Shown here: positions 29,060-40,678 of the stretch, piece after piece
How the letters are laid out: every line of letters begins with the position of its first letter
Numbering within the stretch: the first letter of the stretch is position 1
Source: Ionaspis alba
Lineage: Eukaryota
DNA length: 51,100 nucleotides
Direction of reading: 5' to 3'
Assembly (NCBI GenBank): GCA_964255285.1
Contig: CAXUUL010000035.1
Span: 1 to 51,100, forward strand
Program-made: the position numbers and the translations under genes
Notes under the pieces: generated by a model
The model's input: only the letters and a program-made list of their open reading frames with translations
What the model was told of the DNA's origin: nothing
Database searches by the model: none

Positions 29060-32000
29060 ATGGGTTCAAGCCCGGCAGTGACTAATTATGCCGAAATCCA
29101 GCAAAATGAAGTCGATGTCTTGCGCTCCATTTTTATGGAGGACTTCAAGGAGAAAGAAGTCAAAGCAGGCGCGTGGAATGTAGGTCACGGAGTACCCAAA
29201 GGTCCGAGAATCAGTCTTGCCTCTTCTGCACTTTATAAATGCGGTTCTACAGCTGTTTGTCCTGTTGTTTTACCAATACACAGCGTCAGAGAGACTCTAG
29301 CCTGGCGTAGCTGACTGTTTCTACCTCCACAGAAATCTGCCGATCGAAGTTTCGATTTGAATTTGAAGCCATATACCGAGAATGAGGACCTGAGGATCAC
29401 CTTGTCGGTCTCATTGCCGGCCACATATCCAAAAACACTGCCTTATTGTAGAGTGGTGTACGCGGATGGAGTGAGGCAATCGATAAGAGACAAAGTCAAT
29501 GACTTGGTCAAGACTAAGCCAAAAGAGCTCTTGGGTACAGAAATGATTTTTGAGCTTGCAACCTCTATCCAGGACATACTGGAAGACGTTGCCGCAAACC
29601 TGGCTAAGGATGTGCCCACGTTAAACGAAGAAAGGGCGATACAAGAGGCTGCGGCACAAAAGAAGGCTCAAGCTCGACAGGAGGAGAAAGTCCAACAGCT
29701 AAAGGTTGCCGATGAGGAGGAGGATCGTATGCTGTCTCAAATGATAGAACGAGAACATGCAAGGCTTGCCAAGCTTCAAAGCAGATCGCTTGTAGAAGCT
29801 GAGACAACGGGGACGGGGATTACAAACAAGCCAGGTGCTCTTACCTTTGATCATCAGATCAAGGCGAAGAATTCAGAGGGCACTGTTGTTGCATTCCGTG
29901 CCGTTAATAATAAAACCCTGTATGTAGCGGTCAAATATGAGTTGGTGCTTATGAGACCTTTGATCCAGAAACCCCAAGAATTAGCGATGACTGATTCGGT
30001 ATAGATACCGTAAAGGTCCAGTGACTGATGTCTCCAAAGTACAACCCTCTGGATTGACGGATGATTCAATCCCGTTCCTGGTTCTGAAAGAATGTTCTGT
30101 GTCCATATCCCAAAGGAATTCTGAGGAGAGGCTAAAGAAGAACATCCAGAGTCTTGAGACGAAATTGGAGACACTGATACAGCTACCTTCGCATCCTAGC
30201 ATCATAAAACCTCTGGGATTCGTGATCGAGCGAAAGACTTTCCCTGGAGCCTCAACGTCAGATGGATGGCAAACGAGTATTTTGATGGAATTCATGTACA
30301 GAGGTCCTTTGAAGGACCTCCTAGAGACTGCTGGCCCACTCAACATCACCAATGCAAGAGCCTGGACAATCCAAATAATTGAAGGTCTCGACTTTTATCA
30401 TCGTCATGGCATCGTCCATGCAGCCCTTCGGCCCGAGAACATACTACTTGAAAGAAGGGTATCTGGTACTGCGATTGTGATGCTTTCTGACGGTCTGTTC
30501 CAGAATGAGCTTCACATTATGAAGAAAGAAGCAAGCAATGAATTTGTGGCAGCCGCTTCCGCATACTGGACTGCACCAGAGGTTGCATCTGATATGGCAG
30601 CAAAACAGTGGGCTTCGCGAGACATATGGGATCTAGGCGTCCTTTTAGCACAGATGATACTAGGAATGGACGTGCGACAGCTTTACGCCTCACCTACTGC
30701 GATGATAGACGCCTCATCGTTTTCACAATCTCTAGAAGATCTATTGGTGAAAGTATTCAAAGCAGATCCCCGAAAGAGACCCACTGCATTTGACCTCCTT
30801 CCCAACGAGTTCCTTCGCAGCGACGATCCGGCTTTTGACAGCCAATCTGGGGCTTTCGTCTCCCGAATTGCCTCCTCCAATTCATTCACACCCACGAAAT
30901 ACGTGCGACCACGGCATGACTCCTCTAATATCATGACGAGCACTTCGAGGTACGCGAACGACTTCGTGGAGGCCGGGCGACTTGGTAAAGGAGGATTTGG
31001 TGAGGTTGTTCGTGCCAGGAACAAGCTTGATGGCCGCTTCTACGCCATAAAGAAAATAACTCAAAGATCCGCTGCTGCTCTCAGTGGTGTCCTTAGTGAG
31101 ATAATTCTGCTATCACGCTTATCTCATGTTAATGTCGTGAGATACTACACTGCATGGATAGAAGAGGAGAGCCAACCCGAAGGCCGTGACGGAGGCTCCG
31201 CAAGTGAGGCGAGCGAACCTTCCATAACCTCGAATATCGAGACGTCTACCCTTGATTTTGGTCATAGTGCCCCCGGTCTGGACTTCGTGAGCTCAAGTGG
31301 GTATCCGAAAATTGAGTTTGGCTACGGCAGTGGCGACGAGGACCAAGACTCCGAAGTAATTGACGACGAGGAGAGCGAGGGCATGATTCGTGTTGAAAGT
31401 CGAGAAGTCATTAATAGCACACCTCCAGCTTCTTCTCGATCACACAGACGACGTTCGAGTGCAGTTCCCTCTCGTACAACTTTATACATTCAAATGGAGT
31501 ACTGCGAACGACAGGTATGTTCTCCAACCTGAATGTTCTTCAGCTTCTGATAAAGAAAGACATTGCGCGATCTCATACGAGGGGATCTTTATTCCAATGT
31601 GGAAGAGGGATGGCGACTGTTTCGTCAAATCCTTGAAGGTCTGGTCCATGTTCACGGAAATGGTATCATCCATCGTGATCTGAAGCCGGATAATATCTTT
31701 ATTGACAGTTCAAACAATGTCCGCCTTGGTGACTTCGGTCTTGCGAGACCTGGAGACTACCAGGCCCCAAGCAAAGCAAAGTCAACAGATGTGACGAACC
31801 CGAATTGGACACGCAGTATTGGGACGTCCTTCTACGTAGCTCCTGAGGTGCGCTCCTCAGGAACAGGAAACTATAACGAGAAAGCAGATGTATGTCGTGC
31901 ATCTCGACGGGATATGCTCCTGTTGAGATAGTCGTTAGCCTTGCACTATACTTATGATTTATAGGTGTACTCTTTAGGCATTATACTGTTCGAAATGAGC

Positions 32001-34168
32001 TATCCACTAAAGACTGCTATGGAGCGCGCCCAGATCCTTGGAGACCTCCGAAGTGTAAATTATAGTCTTCCATCTGCTTTTGAAGAATCGGAAAAGGCAG
32101 TGCAAGGAGAGATCATTCGCTGGTTGGTCAATCACAAGGTCAGTGAGCGTCCATCAAGCACAGAAGTTCTCCGTAGTGGCAAGGTCCCTGTTCAGGTTGA
32201 GGACGAAACAATTCGGACAGCAATACAGGCGATCTCGGATACAACGTCACCGTACCATGCCAAATTGTTGAATGTGCTGTTCGCTACACAGCATGAGGAC
32301 CCTGGTCTTAAAGCGTACACCTATGATCTCGCTGTCGGATCTAAACTCAATGCCGACGCATTGCTCCTGCAGACTTTGATCAAGGATAAGTTAGTAGAAG
32401 TGTTCCGTCGCCATGGGGCTATCGAGACCCGAAGACCGTTACTGATTCCAAATTCTGGATACTATGGAAACGCAGCTGTCCGATTGCTGAGCTCGTCCGG
32501 GGCACTTTTGCAACTCCCTTACGACCTGACTCTACCCAGCGCGAGGCTACTGTCCAAAAATGCTGCTCCCGCAACTAAAACATTCTGCTTTGGCGATGTG
32601 TACCGTGAGGCTCCCACGGAATCTCATCCTCTAAGTCACGGAGAAGTGGATTTTGATGTCGTTTCGGAAGATAGTTTCGATTTAGCCCTTCGCGAGGCAG
32701 AGGTAATCAAAGTGGTTGACGAAGTTCTTGATGGATTTCCGAGTCTTTCCTCGGCACAAATGTGTTACCACATCAACCATGGCAGGCTCCTCGACGCCAT
32801 TCTGGCATTCTGTGGAATTGCGGAAGAAAAATGGAATACCGTCAAGGAGATTATTTGCAAGCTGAATATTGGCCAGTGGACCTGGGCAAAAGTACGGAAC
32901 GAGTTGCGAGCTCCCTCAGCTGCGGTAGCTTCCACTTCTTTGGATGATCTGATGCGATTCGATTTCCGAGACATTTATGAACAGGCAGTGCCAAAGCTTC
33001 GATTACTCTTACAGAACACACAGGAGCTGGAATCAACTTTCTCCCATTTGCAAGCAGTCACTACCTATCTGGCTCGCTTCCGGGTCAGACGGAAGGTCTA
33101 TATAAACCCGTTGAGCAGTCTCAACGATAAATTCTATCGTAGAAATATGTCCTTTCAGTGTCTGTATGATACCAAGAAAAAGGCGATATTTGCTGCCGGA
33201 GGACGCTATGATCGACTGATACAAGATCATCGTCCCAACTCCAGAGTTGGCGATCGCCACGCTGTCGGGTTCAATCTTGGCTGGGAAAGACTCTTCACAT
33301 CAATGGTCAGACACCAGAAAACCGGTGTGAAGTCTTACTTGAAAAGAGGCGACGAAGACCAAATCGATTCTTGGAAGACGCGGAGGTGTGATGTGCTGAT
33401 CGACAGCGCAGACCCAGCCACTTTGCGCTCTACAGGTATCCAGATCTTGCAGGAGCTGTGGGCTCATAGCATCAGTGCTGAGCTTGTAATTGATGCCAAT
33501 AGGATACAGGAACCAAGCCACCAGCAGGAGAAGGAAGACAATCAGCATGCGTGGATTGTTCTTATCAAGCAAGACGACTCTCTCAAAGTCCGGAGCATGA
33601 TCAAGAAAGAGGATGTTGAGCTAAGGATTCCAGAATTATCTAATTGGCTCCGAGGTGAGATCCGAGATCGTGATCGAGCAGAAGGAAAGCTCGTAGACAG
33701 AGCCAGGCTACTTCGGCATTCCAGCCACCAAGATCCAGGAGCTGTGGCCAGCGATCGTGAGCCCGATGTGCGTATTCTGGTCGCTCAGAGCAAGTCAAAA
33801 AAGAGCAATCGTAGAAGCGTGGTCGAAGATGGTACGTGTCAATTCATCAAATGTTGTTGTCGGCAAATTGACGTGAATCAGCACAATCTCGAACCCAAGA
33901 ATTGACTCGCAGCTTCTTCGATGGCCCCATCGCGGCAATCGAGCTGAAAGAAGACATCTTTGAAGGCCTGAGGGGCACAAGACTCTCTGATCCCGAAAGC
34001 TGGCGAAAGTTCATCCAGAATGCGCCTCTAGCCGAACGACAGTACCTTGCACAAGTCCATGAGCTTCTCGATGATCTGGCGAGTGAAGGGAAAGGTTCCA
34101 GGAATGCCTTCATCTATAATTTTCGCACAAGGGCATGCATATGTTATGATCTATGGAAGGGAGCATAA
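29060..34168 (+). CDS. GCN2: eIF2-alpha kinase Gcn2 (CpcC), 6 exons
   Basis: RWD domain (QQNEVDVLRSIF, LPATYPK), pseudokinase, kinase (LGKGGFGEV, YAIKKI, LYIQMEYCE, IIHRDLKPDNIF, DFGLA, IGTSFYVAPE), HisRS-like domain (LPYDLT, AAGGRYD) and C-terminal domain. Confidence 0.96.
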
Positions 34169-34444
34169 TACTTGCTCCATGCCGGAGAACATTTTGTAAG
34201 AGTTCAACAATGTTGAGAACATACCCAACAAGAATAGGTCTGCGTCACCGCACTTCTTGGTTTTTTATCTGTCTGGAGTAAAGCACGTATCTCATTAGCC
34301 GTAGAAGTCATCAGAATGTTAGTAATCTGATCGGCGATAGAAGATCAAGCCTAGCTTCAGTTGGCTGCCCAAGCTGTTTGTGAGATTGCGTGTTCTTCAA
34401 TGGCCATTGGTCCACGCTGGTAACTAATCATACAAATCTTAGTG

Positions 34445-35611
34445 CTAATCACTATCATCATCGCTCCCATACCTAACCAACGGCCCAGCCGGCGCCGTCG
34501 ATGGAGCTGCTAAAGCCAGTTTCTTTCCATTATTCTGCGAAGAATAGTCATTCAAGGCCGCTAGCGTCGAAGTAGACAAGATCCCAACTCCTTCCTGGGG
34601 TATATTCTCTTGATCTGGCGGCGTATCGTGAATGATGTAGTGCTCTTCTGATGCCTCAAGCCTCGGCACCTCGTTTTCTGACCCTTCATTGCCCTCGATA
34701 CCAAATCCACCCTCGATTCTCCTCCTTTTCATCGCCCCGGGATCCCTGCCTTCCTCAATGGCCAGAACGTAGTCCGCCGGTAGTGCTCTCCTCACAGCCT
34801 CCGCAGCCTGCTCTTCAATTTTTCTTGCCTCCCGCTTCTGCGCCATGGGATTTGGATCCATGGTCGCCCATCTCACATTCAGAATCTCGTTATGATCCAA
34901 GCTCTGGTGCGCCATCGCCTCCTTTGCAAATTGACTATTCGCTTCGTTTGTGTAAGTCACAAATGCGACGCCCCGAGACGTGAGAACTCGTATTCGATCG
35001 ACCTGGCCCCACTCGGCAAAATGTCGCGCGACCACTTCCTCGATGTCGTCTGTGACGTGTATCCTCCCTACATATAGCGTTCGGTTCTGCCGCATGAAAC
35101 TCCCAACTCCACCCATGTCGTCTCTGTAGTCGGAATGCTTGTCTCGGCCGAAGCAGTCCACGTTCGGATTGAACAGGTCATGCAGTCCCGGTAGACGGTG
35201 TAGATACTCGCATTCATGTCCTCTCGGACAAAGCCCCTTCGCGAAGAACAGGCAGAAGTACGAACCAGCAACTTTGTCAGCCCTTGTATAGCCTGAGTCG
35301 GTGGCAACGTTGCATCGGCCAGCGGCATGAGTTTTGGAGAGGTATTTGTCTTCGCGGTCGCCACCAGACCACTTATTATACCATATGTTGAAGATAGTGC
35401 CTGTCTGAGGTGGGGGTTCGGATTTCATGGTCGAGGCATCGACTTGAGGGCGGGCTGGTCGACGCTTTCGCCGAACGATCTTCTTCTTCTTGGTGGCATC
35501 GGTTTCTTCTGAGGTGAGGGTTGTGGTATTGTTTGTAGTAGCGAGATCTGTGATGGATTTCTTCTCCGGACTTTCATTCTTGACGTCGGGTATATCGACC
35601 ATCGAAGGCAT
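34445..35611 (-). CDS. CWC2: Pre-mRNA splicing factor Cwc2 (CCCH zinc finger plus RRM)
   Basis: RPARPQVD, FNIWYNKWSGGDRED, FCLFFAKGLCPRGHECEYLH, DCFGRDKH, RTLYVGRI, AKEAMAHQSL. Confidence 0.95.
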   Translation of the reverse strand: MPSMVDIPDVKNESPEKKSITDLATTNNTTTLTSEETDATKKKKIVRRKRRPARPQVDASTMKSEPPPQTGTIFNIWYNKWSGGDREDKYLSKTHAAGRCNVATDSGYTRADKVAGSYFCLFFAKGLCPRGHECEYLHRLPGLHDLFNPNVDCFGRDKHSDYRDDMGGVGSFMRQNRTLYVGRIHVTDDIEEVVARHFAEWGQVDRIRVLTSRGVAFVTYTNEANSQFAKEAMAHQSLDHNEILNVRWATMDPNPMAQKREARKIEEQAAEAVRRALPADYVLAIEEGRDPGAMKRRRIEGGFGIEGNEGSENEVPRLEASEEHYIIHDTPPDQENIPQEGVGILSTSTLAALNDYSSQNNGKKLALAAPSTAPAGPLVRYGSDDDSD

Positions 35612-36002
35612 ATTGGGTGGGATCTAGATTCTACTCTGCCATGGTGGAATTGGTTCGATGGTAGACTTCCCTAGTGTTTGCAGGGAGTGGTATTGTTCTT
35701 GTAAACTGGTCAACCATAAAGTTGCTTCTGCTCGCATCGCGTTAGTAAGCTCCAGCCGCCCTACTCAGGCGCTAATCCCCCTCGGCTCCGCCTCTGCATC
35801 TACAGGGGAGACGACAATGAAAGCAGACAAGCTGTATCTTCTCTCGATAAGTGTTTGTTCGTGAAGGAGTCCTGCCCGGCCGGATCAGTCGATCGCAACG
35901 TTGCTAACAGCGACTACAAGTCAACTGAGGTTGTACGATCTCGCATTACGCTTCATGTGAAATCGCCGCAGAGAACCAGGCCTAGAATTGTACTATGAGT
36001 AG

Positions 36003-36307
36003 TAGGGATCCTGTAAAAGATCTCTGTAAATTTACCGTAAAAGTTATCTTTTACATTTACAGTAAAAGTTGACTTTTACCGTAAAAATAAAACTGTCTAA
36101 CCAGATTCGATTGATATTCTAACCTAATTAGGAAGGTAAGCTGGGAAGAAATCCGGTATAACCACGTGATTGCCAAGCCTATACACATCCCAGCCTCGCT
36201 TAACTACTAAATACTCTTACATCATTTTCAGGGTCTTTTGTAACCTTTACACCTCCTGGTAACAGTTACCGTACGGGTTATCTATTTCATGTAAAAGAGG
36301 AACCCTA
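36003..36307. mobile_element. Non-autonomous hAT-type MITE, 305 bp
   Basis: Termini TAGGGATCCT...AGGAACCCTA (9/10 inverted match); identical 8-bp direct repeats ATGAGTAG at 35995-36002 and 36308-36315; subterminal TTTACNGTAAA palindromes; AT-rich and non-coding. Confidence 0.88.
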
Positions 36308-36969
36308 ATGAGTAGGCCTCCGAAGCCGATTTAGCAAGCTATCCCCAGAACATGGCAATTCACGTTCGGAACTTATTCCCGTCCAACTAACTCGTCCGTT
36401 GATGGAACAAAGACACTTGACGGACAGAAATCTGGAATATCCATTCTCCTCGATATCCTTGGACGAGTCTCCTCTAAGTGCTGGCTAGGGCACGCCAGAT
36501 ATCATAGCTGCTTTGGAAATACTGGCACCAAGCTTTGAATGAGCAAAGTCTGTATGCCTATAAGGCAATCAGGATGTAGAAGGCGGTGCGGTGCTTCGAT
36601 GATGGTATAGAGCCAGGAGCTGTTAGTCGTTTGCCGCTAGGATCCGGTGGACAGTTACTCGCAAGGAAGCGATGGGAGAGAGGGTGCCTTCTGCGCCCAA
36701 TACTGGGTGACTATGAAATTGGCAGGGTAGACCTTTTGAGATTGCCCATCTGATATAGACACGATAATTGATTATTGGAAATGCCACTTGTTCATAGAAG
36801 CTTGGGCTGTTGGATGAATCGTAGATCACCGGATTATTATCACGCGGATTCTCTCTGTGGTGGCGATCTGACCTTCTAGAATCCCCCCTACTGCTGCTGT
36901 CAGTTCGCAGGGAGTCAGGTTCTAGGAGTAACTTCGATCGTCATCTTCTAATCGCCGTAATGTTCATGC

Positions 36970-38030
36970 TCATGTTCCCACACCACATACCCATACAATG
37001 ATTGCAATAACCGTCGCAACCGTCGCCGCTGCGCAAAACTGAGCCGGCATCAGCCATCCCAACATACCAAGGGATGTCAACGTTGCAAATATTCCTCCTG
37101 CTGGTGTGAAGCCCCCGTAAGCCCACGACTGAAATGCTGCGGCCATTGTCCCTATCTCAATTGGCACAAGAGTAGTTGAGCTGGCATGGTTCAGGCATCC
37201 TTACCAGCCCCAATGCCTACGGGGTTGAAACCCACGCAGAACAGCAATATAAAAATCGCAGAAAAACTAATCCACCAAGTCATAATTACTGCCAACACAT
37301 CTGTCACCGCGTTTGCATGTGTCAGATATTGATCAAAATCCACTATAGAAGGCAAAAATTGATTAAAGAGAGGCTGTACGAACGTGGTTGCTTAAGCCAC
37401 TCCAGTAGCAAGGCACCGTGTTCCTGGAGCCAGACCCATATCAGGGAGCGGTCGGAGATAAACTCATTAACTACACTGACGAAGCCATTTTCAGTAGAGT
37501 AGTTAAACCCGGCATAAACGAGATTCATGATGTCTGGGCTGAAAAAGGTAAAGAAGATGATATGCACAACAGAATATGTAGATTCGGATAGAGGGGCTTC
37601 TCTGCTTACTTTACGTGACACGGGGCGATTCTAACGCCCTGAATTTCTTACGGAAAAATGGCTCCGGCCTTTCGGCACAGTACGTGCCTCTATTAGGGTG
37701 AAACGTTCCGACGTCTTGTAGCTTCACCAGACAAGCACCGAAGAACCCAATAAGTCCAATTATTATATCGTTTCTGAGCTCTTCGCTCTGCAGCACAGTT
37801 CTCAGAAAGTCGTCCCCAACTGGCCCTCGCAAAAGATGTCTCAGCGCCGCCTCAACGACAACTGGGCTGAGACGTATGCGACCGTTATGCCTATCCTTAA
37901 ATACTTCACGTACGCAGTCGAGAAGGTCCGTCCAGTCCAATCCTCTTGCAGACTAACGTCCTTCCCTACGTAGCGAAAAACTATCAGTCTATAACGCCAC
38001 ACCTCCCTACCTCTTAGGCTACAACACTAT
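36970..38030 (-). pseudogene. Multi-exon membrane-protein gene with ISG12/IFI27-like Gly/Ala-rich C-terminus, inactivated by in-frame TAG stops (RIP-like)
   Basis: 3' exons splice to ...KQPH-VLAVIMTWWISFSAIFILLFCVGFNPVGIGA-GTMAAAFQSWAYGGFTPAGGIFATLTSLGMLG. The frame of ORF 37611-37940 extends 5' through TAG at 37953, 37989, 38007 and 38019 to ATA at 38030. Confidence 0.65.
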
Positions 38031-38840
38031 AACAAGTCAACCCTCTGTGTTAATAATCCCAGTCTACCAGATAGTTGAATAAAGTATCGCTTCTTCTTCC
38101 AATCCTCAACTGGAACCCCCCCGTGCCGAGGAATATGAGGGGTACTTCGACTTTAAGCAAGTTAAAATCTATGCACACATCAATATTTACCATAACTCCA
38201 TAAAGGTCGTAGGCCGTAGCTGCTCCTTAACCTCTAGGGCCCCTTCCCCTTAAAAATTACGTTTGCATCTTCGCCGTTACGCCTAGTTTGTGAAAGACGT
38301 TCTTTCAGAACATAATATTGTCCATTCCTTATAGCACCACTTTTAAGCCCTTATCACTCCTGATACTTATAAAAGGGTCTTTCTTAAGTCTTAGAATCTT
38401 GTTATAATGCTAGGATGTCATTAGGTCCATGTGAGGTCGTTATGCCTGATTATTTACTTTTGAAGTGGCTGTTGAGCCTGTGGCTGGGCAAAGTCTTGGC
38501 AAGCGGCCCAACTGCTCAGGTTAAAGCAGCGCCTTGCTCACCTCTGAGACTAGAAGTGGAAGTGGAAAAATTATTATGTTGTTCTGATAATAGTTGAAAG
38601 GTGCTACCGGCTACACTCCGGAAGCGCTAAGCCCTATATACCCATCGCGTTGAGTCCGTCCAAGGAGGCAGTCTCCGGAATTTGGCTAGAACACTGTAAG
38701 AATGCAACAAATCAAGTTTTATGAGCTGTCTCTTCCCTCGGAGATGCTCTTGATATCTGGCTTCACCGGCTTGTTGAATTTGCCCTTGAGGCCTCCTGTG
38801 ATTGTGATCTCTGTGCCTATCAAGCCTTCTTACCTTCACG

Positions 38841-40319
38841 ATGCTGGCTAATTCTTGCCGAATAAGTAATTTATTGATAATCACTGTCATTGCGTTTCTT
38901 CTCTTCTGTCTGTCACTGCGATGGCAGCCAGTCTCCGATTATTACTCCTTGGCAAACAACCTTCCTTTTGTTGGCCACCAGTTCTCAACACATGAAACCT
39001 TGCGGACCACTCAGGCCCACCTCGAGTTCTGGCGTGCACTGGAGTTCTTGCTCGAGTCAAATGCTCCCGGCATCGAGAGACCCAAACAGCATGGTAGTGC
39101 AAGTTCTTTCTATTACAATGCTACGGAAGAATCAGAACGACCCAAAATGATCGAAATGTCGGAGGAGGAGGTCCAGAAGATGCAAAAGGCACATGCAAAG
39201 TTTGTCCAGGGTATCAAGGTCAATCCTCCCAAGATAGTCTACAAACCCGGCACTCGAGGGATTATCTCGGCCGTTGGAGGGATCTCCTATCTCCCACTTG
39301 TTGTCCAACAAGTGCGAATGCTTAGGCGCACTAGATCAAGATTACCGGTTGAGGTTTTTCTCCAAACAAATGCGGAATACGAAAGCTTTGTCTGCGAGAA
39401 AACTCTACCAGCCCTCAATGCAAGATGTGTAATTCTCTCTGAGGTGCTGGAGAACATTCCACACCCAATACCAGTCCGGAGGTACCAACTGAAAATCTTT
39501 GCGTTATTGCTTTCTACTTTCGAAGAAGTGCTATTTCTAGATGCAGATGATGTTCCAGTATATGACCCTGAGCAGTTCTTCCGTGCAGAACCCTTCAAGT
39601 CGCGGGGTTTCATCGTCTGGCCGGACTTTTGGACCACCACAGCGTCAGAATACTACTACCAAATCTCTTCGCAGAAAATACCAAAAGTGACCTCTCGAGC
39701 GACTTCAAATGGAGGCGAGATTCTAGTCTCGAAGAAAATACACCAGCAGTCCCTTCTTTTGGCAGCCTATTACAACTACTATGGTCCCGATCATTACTAT
39801 CCTCTACTGTCGCAGGGTGGCGCAGGCGAGGGTGATAAAGAGACATTCTTGGCGGCTGCTGAAGCACTGCAGGCGCCTTACTATGCGCCTTCAGAACAAA
39901 TCGTAGCCATCGGCCACTACGAAAATGGTGGCTTGGGTGGTACTGCTATGGTCCAATACGATGTCATCGAAGACTACACCCTCACTAAACAGGGCTTATG
40001 GCGTGTCAAAGACCCATCTGTCGCACCACAGCCACGACCAATCTTTGTTCATGCGCACTATCCGAAGTTCAACCCTGGTAGAATCTACGATGATCGTGGC
40101 TTGCTATATTATGAGAACGGGACTTCGAGACGGGCATGGACTGACATGCCCGAGACAATGGCTGGGCTCAACAAGGACTTCGATTTTGAGATGCGGTTTT
40201 GGGAGGAAATGAAATGGTGTAGCTGCTATTTGGAGTTCATGTTCCAGGATTGGCGGGAGTCGGAGGATATTTGTGGGAAGGCTACGAGATATCTGGACGG
40301 GCTCAAAGGGATGGTTTAA
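38841..40319 (+). CDS. GT71 alpha-1,2-mannosyltransferase, Mnn2/Mnn5 family, type II membrane protein
   Basis: N-terminal TM anchor; MLRRTRSRLPVEVF, YQLKIFALL, FEEVLFLDAD, WPDFW, YYNYYGP...LSQGGAGEGDKETF motifs. Intronless. Confidence 0.92.
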   Translation: MLANSCRISNLLIITVIAFLLFCLSLRWQPVSDYYSLANNLPFVGHQFSTHETLRTTQAHLEFWRALEFLLESNAPGIERPKQHGSASSFYYNATEESERPKMIEMSEEEVQKMQKAHAKFVQGIKVNPPKIVYKPGTRGIISAVGGISYLPLVVQQVRMLRRTRSRLPVEVFLQTNAEYESFVCEKTLPALNARCVILSEVLENIPHPIPVRRYQLKIFALLLSTFEEVLFLDADDVPVYDPEQFFRAEPFKSRGFIVWPDFWTTTASEYYYQISSQKIPKVTSRATSNGGEILVSKKIHQQSLLLAAYYNYYGPDHYYPLLSQGGAGEGDKETFLAAAEALQAPYYAPSEQIVAIGHYENGGLGGTAMVQYDVIEDYTLTKQGLWRVKDPSVAPQPRPIFVHAHYPKFNPGRIYDDRGLLYYENGTSRRAWTDMPETMAGLNKDFDFEMRFWEEMKWCSCYLEFMFQDWRESEDICGKATRYLDGLKGMV

Positions 40320-40678
40320 CAGGAACAAACGGTCTTTGAGATTGGATGTGAAGAATAATGGGTTCCTTGCACTGCGACAGTACTAGAGTACCGTTCTTGT
40401 TAAATCTTACGAACCAAGCGATAGTGTGATCTCTGAAACACGTTCATGAAGTCAGAATTGGGTAGCAGAGCCAGGAATCTTTTCTTCGACCTTGAAGTCG
40501 AGCACGAAAAAGGAGAACTACGATCCGGTACTTAAAGGCTATCTCCACACTTCTTTCTCATCGCCGACCGAAGGTCCTCTGGTATCTCCACGCCTTGCCC
40601 TGGCACACAATAGCAATCTAAAAAGTAGATCTATAGACTGGACGGAAAGAACAGTTTTTCCAATAAAGACTCAGCAAG

